64,000 nt of DNA, taken from Candidatus Algichlamydia australiensis (GTDB lineage Bacteria; Chlamydiota; Chlamydiia; Chlamydiales; JAJFMI01). Below the pieces are notes generated by a model. The model saw only the letters and a program-made list of their open reading frames with translations, searched no databases and was not told where the DNA came from. The number at the start of each line of letters is the position of its first letter. Position 1 is the first letter of the stretch. Location of the stretch: contig JAXCHI010000002.1 in the NCBI GenBank assembly GCA_033977065.1, positions 64,001 through 128,000 on the forward strand, read 5' to 3'. Below are positions 39,700 through 47,565 of the stretch, piece by piece. A program made the translations under genes and the position numbers.

Positions 39700-40986
39700 T
39701 TAGTTGGTTATTTTTGTGCCTCGACCTTTTGGAAGGTCTTCTTCAATGGAACGGTTGATGAGGCGTGCGCCGCGGATACCTGTAAGATAGTGAAAGAACC
39801 ATTCGAGCATTACGCTAAAGCGATTGCGGAAGCCGATAAGATAGCCAACATGAAGACCGGCCCAAAAGATCCAGGCAAATATACCTTTAAATTTGATTTT
39901 GCCAAGGAATCCAACAGCTTTGAACTTTCCAATTGTGGCCATGCTTCCCTTGTCAAAGTAGCGAAAAGGCTTGCGCTTCTCTTTTGAGATTTTTTTCTTG
40001 ATGATTTTGGCTACATAGCGACCTTGTTGGATGGCCGCAGGTGCGATACCGGGAAGAGGATTCCCCTTTTTATCCTTAGCAAAGGCGGCGTCTCCGATAA
40101 CAAATACTTCTGGGTAGTCGGGAATAGAGAGATCAGATTCAACAATAACGCGACCTTGGCGATCTAACTCAGTATCAAGTTTACGGAGAAGCGGAGAAGC
40201 TTGGTTTCCAGCTGCCCAAATAATATTTTTCGCTTCGATTGTTTGATTACCAAACTTGACTCCCTCCGGTGTAATTTCAGAGACAATGGTTCCCGTGAGA
40301 ACACTTACACCTAATTTTTCAAGATCTTGGCGCGCTTTATCTGAAAGAGTTTCAGGATAGGGGGGAAGAACACGGGGAGCTCCTTCTATAAGGAAAATTT
40401 TTGATTTTTCCGGTTTAATTCTCCGGAAATTTTTAAACATAGTTTTATGGGCAATTTCAGCAATCGCTCCTGCCATTTCTACGCCTGTAGGTCCCGCACC
40501 GATAATCACAAAATTGAGGTATTTTGCAGCTTCTTGCAGACTGTCAGAACGCTCTGCTTTTTCAAACGAGAGAAGTACTTTTTCTCGAATTTGAAGCGCA
40601 TCTTTAACAGTTTTGAGACCAGGTGCTACATCTTCCCACTCATCGTGGCCGAAATAGGAGTGACGCGCCCCAACAGCAAGCACGAGATAGTCATAGCCAA
40701 CAAGATCTCCATTTCCAAGTGTAACCAGACGTTTTTCTTTGTCGATATCAACGACATCGCCCATAATTACAGTCGTATTCGTTTGACCACGGAGGATTTC
40801 TCGCAGTGGTATGGCAACATCAGCAGGGGAGAGAGCAGCACTTGCTACTTGATACAGAAGAGGTTGAAAGAGGTGATGGTTGGTTTTATCAACAAGATAA
40901 ATGTCTAAAGGCGCCCGCTTTAGCTTTTTTGCTACTTGCAAGCCGCCAAAACCGCCTCCAACTATAACCACTTTTGTATATACCAT
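39700..40986 (-). CDS. ndh: Type II NADH dehydrogenase (FAD-dependent)
   Basis: VIVGGGFGG, HHLFQPLLYQVA, IGAGPTGVEMAG, IWAAG, VFVIGD and DKGSMATIG motifs. Confidence 0.93.
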   Translation of the reverse strand: MVYTKVVIVGGGFGGLQVAKKLKRAPLDIYLVDKTNHHLFQPLLYQVASAALSPADVAIPLREILRGQTNTTVIMGDVVDIDKEKRLVTLGNGDLVGYDYLVLAVGARHSYFGHDEWEDVAPGLKTVKDALQIREKVLLSFEKAERSDSLQEAAKYLNFVIIGAGPTGVEMAGAIAEIAHKTMFKNFRRIKPEKSKIFLIEGAPRVLPPYPETLSDKARQDLEKLGVSVLTGTIVSEITPEGVKFGNQTIEAKNIIWAAGNQASPLLRKLDTELDRQGRVIVESDLSIPDYPEVFVIGDAAFAKDKKGNPLPGIAPAAIQQGRYVAKIIKKKISKEKRKPFRYFDKGSMATIGKFKAVGFLGKIKFKGIFAWIFWAGLHVGYLIGFRNRFSVMLEWFFHYLTGIRGARLINRSIEEDLPKGRGTKITN

Positions 40987-41045
40987 ATTACTATTAATAT
41001 ATAATTCTTCGAAAAAAAAGTAAATCAGGATAAAGTAGGTTAATT

Positions 41046-41966
41046 GTGAAGCTTAGTGAATTTATACAAGAATTTGGACAGGAAATTGGACTCATGGGAC
41101 AGGTGAGTTGCGAAGCTCCTCTCACTTCTCCTGACGTACACCGACCTGGACTTGCGATTACGGGCTATCTAAAGGGATTCTCACCCAAGCGTATACTTGT
41201 TATTGGAAAAAATGAGATTGAGTATTTAAAGGGGGTTTCAGATTCGAGAGAGAGACTCAAGAGTTTTCTTACAAGCGAAATTCCTGCGATTATTGTCGCT
41301 CGACGTCTTCGTCCTCCTGAAGAGCTTGCGCAAATTTGTGCAGAACTTAAAATCCCACTTTTGCGCTCCTCTCTAACCACAACTGTTTTAGTGCGCAAAT
41401 TGACTCTAGCTCTTTCAGAAGCATTTGCTCCAAAGAAAAGTTGTCACGGAACACTAGTTCAGATCCATGGACTTGGGGTGTTGATTCAAGGGGAGTCTTC
41501 AGTGGGTAAGAGCGAAACGGCGCTGGGCCTGATTGAGCGCGGGCACCGCTTGATTTCTGATGATATCGTCCAAATTCGAAAAAAAGAGGAAGCTTATCTG
41601 GAAGGGGTTGCTCCAGAATTAACGAAACACTTGTTGGAAATAAGAGGAATTGGCATCATTAATGTGGCTCATCTGTTTGGAGCTGTGTGTGTAAACGAAA
41701 GCGCACGAATTGATCTCATTGTTAGGCTAGAGATTTGGAATGAGAAGCATTTTTATGATCGTGTTGGATTGGAAGAACATTATGAAAACTTGCTCGGTGT
41801 TAAAGTCCCGCTTCATGTGGTCCCCGTTAAACCGGGGCGAGATATGGTTCTTCTTCTTGAAACGATTGCTCTCAACTATCGCCTTAAAAAAATGGGATAC
41901 CATTCGGCTAAAGAATTTAATGCAAAGTTATTAGATGCCATCGCAAGAAGGAGTAAAACAGACTAG
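41046..41966 (+). CDS. hprK: HPr kinase/phosphorylase
   Basis: HRPGLAITG, GESSVGKSETAL, LISDD, LLEIRGIGIINV and PVKPGR motifs. Confidence 0.95.
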   Translation: MKLSEFIQEFGQEIGLMGQVSCEAPLTSPDVHRPGLAITGYLKGFSPKRILVIGKNEIEYLKGVSDSRERLKSFLTSEIPAIIVARRLRPPEELAQICAELKIPLLRSSLTTTVLVRKLTLALSEAFAPKKSCHGTLVQIHGLGVLIQGESSVGKSETALGLIERGHRLISDDIVQIRKKEEAYLEGVAPELTKHLLEIRGIGIINVAHLFGAVCVNESARIDLIVRLEIWNEKHFYDRVGLEEHYENLLGVKVPLHVVPVKPGRDMVLLLETIALNYRLKKMGYHSAKEFNAKLLDAIARRSKTD

Positions 41967-43473
41967 TCAAGAGATTATTCTCAAGGGCGTTTCTATCAGC
42001 CCAGGTATTGCTTGGGGTACTTTGCACCGCCTCCTTCCCCTTGCCCCTGAGCCTGGTACTACGATTACTGGTGCACAAGTAGAGACGGAGATCGCCCGCT
42101 TTCGAAAAGCAGTTGCCTCCTCTCGTAGAGATTTAAAAAATCTCCAAGGAAATATGCGAGAAAAAGAAGAGATCTTCACTATTCTTGATACGCATATCAA
42201 AATGCTTGATGATCCTAAAATTACAAGAAAAGTAGAGGAGCGCATTCGTGGATCGCTTCTTGGGAAAGAGACGGTTTTTCGCCAAGTAGTTGGGGAGATT
42301 GAAAAGCGTTTTTCAGCTATGTCAAGCAGCATTTTTCGTGAACGCTTTCTTGATGTGAAAGATCTCTCCCGTCGTATTTTAGGCCACTTGAGAGAAAAAC
42401 GGATAAACTTCACCAAAACTCCTAAGAAAAATAAGATTATTTGGTCAGAAGAGTTAATGCCCTCGGACATTGTTGAAGAAGAAATTCTAGGGTATGTCAG
42501 CCATCTTGGAGGTAGAACCTCTCATGCGGCTCTACTTGCAAGAGCTCGTGGTGTTCCCTTTATTTCGGGGATAGAACTGGAAAAAGAGCATGATGGAAAA
42601 GAAATTTTTCTTGATGGTGAGGAAGGAGTTGTTGTGATCAATCCAACTGAAGAGAGAAAGCAGAGTAAAAAGGGAAGAAAAAAAACCGACTATTTTCCAC
42701 CTAATGAAGAGATTAAAATTTTTGCCAATATCGATAGCCTAGAAAACCTACATCTTCTTGCAAAAGCACCAATTCATGGTATTGGACTTGTGCGAACAGA
42801 ATTTCTTTTTCCTCCCAGTGAACTTTTTTCTGTGAGTGTACAGGAGCAAGCTGATGTGTATGAGAAGATCATTGAAGCAGCAAATGGTATGCCAGTAAAC
42901 TTTCGCATATTTGATGTAGGAGCAGATAAGAGAAATGGGATTTTCGAACCCAATCCAGCACTTGGTATGCGCGGTATTCGCTATCATCTGCATTTTTCTC
43001 AATTTTTCCGTCGCCAACTTTCAGCACTCTTTTCTGCTGCAAAAGAAGAGCTGCGAATCATGTTGCCCATGATTGCTGATTTAGAAGAACTGCGCCTTGC
43101 AAAAAAGATTATTTTTGAAGTGCAAAAAGAACTGCAATACAAAGGCTTGCTCCAAATTGGGGTTATGATCGAACTACCCTCAAGTGCCATTTTAGCAGAT
43201 TTAATTGCCCAAGAGTGTGACTTTCTCTCTATTGGAAGCAACGATCTTACTCAGTACACACTTGCATGCGATCGTTTGAGCCCCTATGTTGCCTACTCAC
43301 CAATTCACGAATCTCTGCTACGCTTGTTCAAAATGATAATAGAAAAGGCAGGAGATGTTCCTGTTTGTTTATGCGGCGAAATTGCATCTGATCTTGAGCA
43401 TCGCAAAACGCTTATTGAAGTAGGAATTAAAAGCTTTTCTTGTTCTATAGCCCGAATGGAAGGCCTGGAATAG
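41935..43473 (+). CDS. ptsI: PTS enzyme I (compact)
   Basis: GGRTSHAALLAR (phospho-His), GIGLVRTEF, EPNPALGMRGIR, SIGSNDLTQY and CGEIAS motifs. Confidence 0.92.
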   Translation: MPSQEGVKQTSQEIILKGVSISPGIAWGTLHRLLPLAPEPGTTITGAQVETEIARFRKAVASSRRDLKNLQGNMREKEEIFTILDTHIKMLDDPKITRKVEERIRGSLLGKETVFRQVVGEIEKRFSAMSSSIFRERFLDVKDLSRRILGHLREKRINFTKTPKKNKIIWSEELMPSDIVEEEILGYVSHLGGRTSHAALLARARGVPFISGIELEKEHDGKEIFLDGEEGVVVINPTEERKQSKKGRKKTDYFPPNEEIKIFANIDSLENLHLLAKAPIHGIGLVRTEFLFPPSELFSVSVQEQADVYEKIIEAANGMPVNFRIFDVGADKRNGIFEPNPALGMRGIRYHLHFSQFFRRQLSALFSAAKEELRIMLPMIADLEELRLAKKIIFEVQKELQYKGLLQIGVMIELPSSAILADLIAQECDFLSIGSNDLTQYTLACDRLSPYVAYSPIHESLLRLFKMIIEKAGDVPVCLCGEIASDLEHRKTLIEVGIKSFSCSIARMEGLE

Positions 43474-43738
43474 AGAGTGAAGAGCCCTCCTCTTCAATTT
43501 TTTTGTATGCATCTTTAAAAGCACCAAAAATAAGGTCTTCTAATCCTTCAGCGTCTTCGAGGCATTCAGGGGAGATTTGAATCTTTTTCAGCTCTTTTTC
43601 ACCGTTAAGAGTGATCTGAACGAGATTGCCGCCTGCAGTCCCAACAACTTCTTTTTTCTTTAATTCATCAGATAGCTGGCGCATTTGATCTTCCATCATG
43701 CGCGCCTGCTTTTTCATTTTTGAAAATCCACTTCCCAT
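43445..43738 (-). CDS. ybaB: YbaB/EbfC nucleoid-associated protein
   Basis: MGSGFSKMKKQARMM...GTAGGNLVQITLNG...EGLEDLI; downstream of dnaX. Confidence 0.92.
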   Translation of the reverse strand: MGSGFSKMKKQARMMEDQMRQLSDELKKKEVVGTAGGNLVQITLNGEKELKKIQISPECLEDAEGLEDLIFGAFKDAYKKIEEEGSSLSIPGLPFGL

Positions 43739-43787
43739 AGAGCCATTCTACCACAGCTTTGATTAAAATAATAATCTTTATTTTTTA

Positions 43788-43948
43788 AACTCAAGTTACT
43801 ACCCCCTTCCCCCTCTGGAGAGACCCTTTTTGCGATCTGTTTAGTTTAAAATTTCAGAAATGTTTAACAAACATTCCTTCAATTTGAAATTAAACATCTC
43901 ATCAAAAATCCCTCTCTCCATAGGAGAAACTGGGTAGCAACTTGAGTT
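43788..43948. repeat. Palindromic miniature element, family C (about 161 bp)
   Basis: Ends AACTCAAGTTACTACCC...GGGTAGCAACTTGAGTT; imperfect hairpin throughout; partial copy at 31603. Confidence 0.85.
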
Positions 43949-43955
43949 TTTTAAA

Positions 43956-45494
43956 TCATTTGTTTACAGATCCATTGAGCTCGACACCCGCAAAGCGCAA
44001 AAGCGTATCGTAATTCGCAGCCTCTTTTTGAGGTGTTTCTACTTTTGGAGCAGTAGGGATTTCGGCTACAGGTTTAGGAGTTTCAATTTTTACGGTAGGG
44101 GAGGCTGCAGCTTTTGGGGCAGGCGAAGCTTCAACTTTTTGTGTAGAAGCAGTTTCAACTATAGGCTTTGGAGGGTCAGCCTTAGGAGCAGCGGTGGGTT
44201 CAGCTATAGGTTTAGGAGTTTCAGTTTTTGTAGTAGGGGGAGCTTCAACTATAGGCTTTGGAGGTTCAATCTTAGGAGCAGCAGGGGTTTCGGTTACAGG
44301 TTTAAGGGGTTCTATTTTTGGGCTAGGGGGGGCTGCAACTTTTGGGGTAGAAATAGTTTCAACTATAGGCTTTGGAGTTGCGACACCTGATGCGGGTTGA
44401 GAGAGCTCTTTTTCCAATTTTTCTAGTCTTTCTACCAACAACTCTGGGTGCAGGCGTTTTTGCATGCGCAAAAGCTTTAAAAGGATCACTTCTAGGTGAA
44501 TAAAAGAGATTGTTTGAGAAGAGAGAGCATTGACCAATAGATCGAGACCTTGGATCAAAAAATCCTTGCTTAGAGCGACTTGTTTGCCTGTCAATGAGGC
44601 GCGTAAATGCAAGCGCAGATGTTCGGAGAGACCAACAAGAAAGGCTTTTGGTTCTTTTCCTTCCTCTTTTAGCTTTTCAACTAAGGTAAAGGCAAAGTTT
44701 AAGTTGTGCTCTTTTGCAGCGGCGTCAAACGAAATGAAGTCTTCATCTGTTGGAAGACCAAGTACTTCCTCGATATTTTGTTTTGTTAGTTGCGTGTCTG
44801 TAAAGAGGAGCATCTTTTCAAGTAGTGATTCTGCATCGCGTACACTACCTTGAGCAAGCTTTGCTAAAGACTCCAATGCATCTTTTTCTGCTGGCACGCC
44901 ATATGCATCACAAATCCCACTTAATTTTTTTCCGATCTCCTCTCCACTTAGGCTTTTAAGAGGGAAGCGCTGGCAGCGACTTAGAATTGTAGTGGGAACT
45001 TTTTGGGGCTCAGTTGTGGCAAAGAAGAATTTTACTGTTGCAGGAGGCTCCTCTAATGTTTTCAAAAGCGCATTGAAAGCCTCTTTTGTTAGCATATGAA
45101 CTTCGTCAATAATATAAATCTTGAATTTACCTTGAGAGGGGGCATACGCAGCACTCTCCGTAATTTGGCGCACATCATCAATCCCGCGATTTGAAGCACC
45201 ATCAATCTCAATTACATCAAGCGAACTGCCCGACATGATCTCTTTACACGAGGCGCACTCATTGCACGGCTCTCCATCAACGCCTCTATTTTGACAATTC
45301 AAGGCTTTGGCAAAAATTCGAGCTAATGTCGTCTTTCCTGTACCGCGAATTCCTGAAAAGAGGTAGGCATACCCGACACGGCCTTTTATTAAAGAGTTTT
45401 TAAGAACTTCAACAACGCTGTTCTGACCCAGTACTTCTGAAAAAGTTTTGGGTCGATATTTTCTTGTGATGGGGATGTAGTGTTCCATATCCAC
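43956..45494 (-). CDS. dnaX: DNA polymerase III subunit gamma/tau
   Basis: RKYRPKTF, GIRGTGKTT, CNECASC, IIDEVHMLT and SRCQRF motifs; Pro/Thr-rich repeat linker. Confidence 0.96.
   Translation of the reverse strand: MDMEHYIPITRKYRPKTFSEVLGQNSVVEVLKNSLIKGRVGYAYLFSGIRGTGKTTLARIFAKALNCQNRGVDGEPCNECASCKEIMSGSSLDVIEIDGASNRGIDDVRQITESAAYAPSQGKFKIYIIDEVHMLTKEAFNALLKTLEEPPATVKFFFATTEPQKVPTTILSRCQRFPLKSLSGEEIGKKLSGICDAYGVPAEKDALESLAKLAQGSVRDAESLLEKMLLFTDTQLTKQNIEEVLGLPTDEDFISFDAAAKEHNLNFAFTLVEKLKEEGKEPKAFLVGLSEHLRLHLRASLTGKQVALSKDFLIQGLDLLVNALSSQTISFIHLEVILLKLLRMQKRLHPELLVERLEKLEKELSQPASGVATPKPIVETISTPKVAAPPSPKIEPLKPVTETPAAPKIEPPKPIVEAPPTTKTETPKPIAEPTAAPKADPPKPIVETASTQKVEASPAPKAAASPTVKIETPKPVAEIPTAPKVETPQKEAANYDTLLRFAGVELNGSVNK
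44028..44385 (-). repeat. Degenerate coding tandem repeat (about 15 aa units) in the DnaX linker
   Basis: PKPIVE.../PKIEPPKPIVE/PKADPPKPIVE/KIETPKPVAE; DNA TTCAACTATAGGCTTTGGAG recurs at about 44154, 44244 and 44358. Confidence 0.8.
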
Positions 45495-45564
45495 TCAATA
45501 TACCCCACTTTCGAATAAAAAAATCAGTATGAAAATAAGTCGGGGGTCAGCCCCCCGCGCCCCC

Positions 45565-45660
45565 TTCGTCTCCATCTCGCTTCATAGAATCGCGTCCTCG
45601 GCTTAGGGGTGTACGCAGTACTACCCCGTGCGCCTGCGGTACGATTCTATTTTGCGATAA
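45565..45660. repeat. Palindromic element, core D type
   Basis: TTCGTCTCCATCTCGCTT (as at 20341), then hairpin TCGC..ATAGAATCG...GGGGT-GTAC-GCA-GTAC-TACCCC...CGATTCTAT..GCGA. Confidence 0.65.
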
Positions 45661-45663
45661 TAT

Positions 45664-45830
45664 GCCAGCCGAGATATTGCTCTCTTCCCCTTTTGGAAAA
45701 ATTCTTTTTGCGATCTGTGCAATTCCGATTTTCAGAAATGTTTTTTTAAACATTCCTTTCAAATTGCAATCACACATCTCATCAAAAATTATTTCCTCCA
45801 AAAGAGGAAGAGAGCAATATCTTGGCTGGC
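45664..45830. repeat. Palindromic element (167 bp) with a family-C-like core and different termini (type E)
   Basis: Ends GCCAGCCGAGATATTGCTCTCTTCC...GGAAGAGAGCAATATCTTGGCTGGC; core TTTTTGCGATCTGT...TTCAGAAATGTTT...AAACATTCC...ACATCTCATCAAAAAT shared with 43788. Confidence 0.82.
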
Positions 45831-46120
45831 CCCGTGGTTCCACTTCGCGCCCAAGCAGCTTTTTTCGAAAAAACAAAAAAATTAGTCGCACATGTTGACG
45901 CGAGAAGGGGCCTGCGAAGTGAAAGCGCAATTATTCACTGTTTTCTCCAATGGTAAACGCGAAACAACAACCTATAATTGTTATGTGATATACCTGATTG
46001 CGCCTACCGGTAATTCCAACAAACGTTTTTCTTTCTGGACCTAGAGGATAAACGTTTATTTTTTCGCTCGTTTTCCCTTGGGATGTCCATGTTGTTTTAA
46101 CAGTAACAGAAATCGACCTA

Positions 46121-46283
46121 GTACTCTGTAACAGAAATTTTTAGCATTATTTTTACGTCAAAGCCTCGGGATTGAACTATCGAAAATCACCTCGTATTTG
46201 ATTAATACTAGGTGACTTGCGATAGCCCAATCGCGAGAGCTTTCACGTTAAAAAGAATAGCAAAAATTTTTGTTACAGAGTAC
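46121..46283 (+). mobile_element. Family B short element (163 bp), copy 1
   Basis: TIR GTACTCTGTAACAG.../...TGTTACAGAGTAC, TA-flanked, full-length imperfect hairpin. Confidence 0.92.
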
Positions 46284-46285
46284 TA

Positions 46286-46690
46286 GTACTCTGTAACAGA
46301 AAATTTTAGTATTATTTTTAACGTGAAAGCCTTCGCATAAAAATGGATCCCAAACGTGAAAAGTAAAGCGATTGTATGTGATTGAAAAAGCTGTCTAGAC
46401 CTTGCAAAGTTTTCTGCAAAACAAAAAAAAACAGCCGCGCAAGCGACGTGAAAGGGGCCCCTCCCGAAACAAAGTGGAGGGTGGGGAATGAACGCGCGAT
46501 GCGCTCGATGGCTTCAGATTGGCTTTGAAAAATTGCGGTGCAGGAGGAAGAAGTAGTGCTTTGCACGGTTTTCCGACGAAACGCAATTTGGCATGCCAAG
46601 GTGAAGCTCAAAGGGCAGCGGGGATTTGCCCGACTGTCTCTATTGGCTGTTTTTTTAAATTAAACACTAAGATTTTCTGTTACAGAGTAC
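46286..46690 (+). mobile_element. Family B long element (405 bp) with GC-rich structured cargo
   Basis: Same TIRs, TA-flanked; second copy at 31680-32200. Confidence 0.92.
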
Positions 46691-46692
46691 TA

Positions 46693-46855
46693 GTACTCTG
46701 TAACAGAAAATTTTAGCATTATTTTTACGTCAAAGCCTCGGGATTGAACTATCGAAAATCACCTCGTATTTGGTTAATACTAGGTGACTTGCGATAGCCC
46801 AATCGCGAGAGCTTTCACGCTAAAAAGAATAGCAAAATTTTCTGTTACAGAGTAC
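46693..46855 (+). mobile_element. Family B short element (163 bp), copy 2
   Basis: About 5 differences from 46121-46283; TA-flanked. Confidence 0.92.
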
Positions 46856-47271
46856 TAGTAGGATGCTGATTTACTACATAAACTCTAGATCCATAATTTC
46901 CACCAACATGTATGTGCTCTAAGCGCGCATAGCCTCCGCAATTATTGACTTGTCCATCGTCTGCAACCTTGATACTTTCGTCGTGAAGGTCTGTCCATGA
47001 ATCATCTTCTTCGTAGAATGGTAGCGGGTTCTCGGTTTCATTTATTCCGTAAGCAGGATTGAAAAGTCCAGCAGCACATGAGACCAACAAAACAAAAAAA
47101 GGCATTTTTTTTACGTTCATTTTAAACTCCTATCTATTGGGTGGCTTCTAAAAAACTCAAGTTCTAAAAAAAGTTCCTTTAAGCCCTGGAACAGGTTAAT
47201 GAATTCTTTTTGCCTTGGCAAGAAATTTTTAATCTATTGCTTTCCCTAGAATGTGCCCTTAAACTTATCTA

Positions 47272-47432
47272 GATAGTGTCGTCAAAAGGCTATAATCAGA
47301 TTATTTTTCATGTTTGCAGCTTATTTTTGTGCGGAAATTGAAGCTGAATTTGTAAATTCCGCTTCATTTGAGCACAAAAATGGAGCCCAAACATGAAAAA
47401 TAAGATGGTTGTATGCTTTTGACGACGCTATC
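47272..47432 (+). mobile_element. Family A element, copy 3 (161 bp)
   Basis: Matches 16963-17123 except at one TIR base; TA at 47270-71 and 47433-34. Confidence 0.92.
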
Positions 47433-47565
47433 TAGACATCGTCTAAAAATTCACCCAAAGAAAATTAGCCCCGTCCCAGTATAGCAGCTACTTTTATTTT
47501 TTTTTAAATGAATTCTTAAAAGGAGGTTTGCGGGGAAATAGTGGGGGGAGTAGAATGTAAACTGT

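Larger units (their letters stand above)
45931..47120 (-). pseudogene. Predicted secreted 150-aa protein gene split by a three-element array
   Basis: Joining 47120-46856 to 46118-45931 gives an uninterrupted ORF ...VVNQHPT-RSISVTVKTTWTSQGK...IGENSE*; SD AGGAG upstream of the ATG. Confidence 0.85.

Noticed and set aside
45495..45930. SRP RNA (ffs), often found upstream of dnaX
   Set aside because: I could not find the conserved helix-8 motif (CAGG..GGAA..AGCAG) on either strand; the hairpins match the repeat families instead.
45547..45930. 127-aa and 78-aa ORFs upstream of dnaX
   Set aside because: They run across several unrelated palindromic elements and are probably chance frames.
46119..46857. 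CRISPR array suggested by the recurring TGTTACAGAGTACTAGTACTCTGTAACA palindrome
   Set aside because: The repeats are abutting TIRs. The intervening segments are 130-370 bp, two are near-identical, and no cas genes are present.
47153..47164. AACTCAAGTTCT as another family-C end
   Set aside because: Only a 10-bp match, with no partner arm or core.
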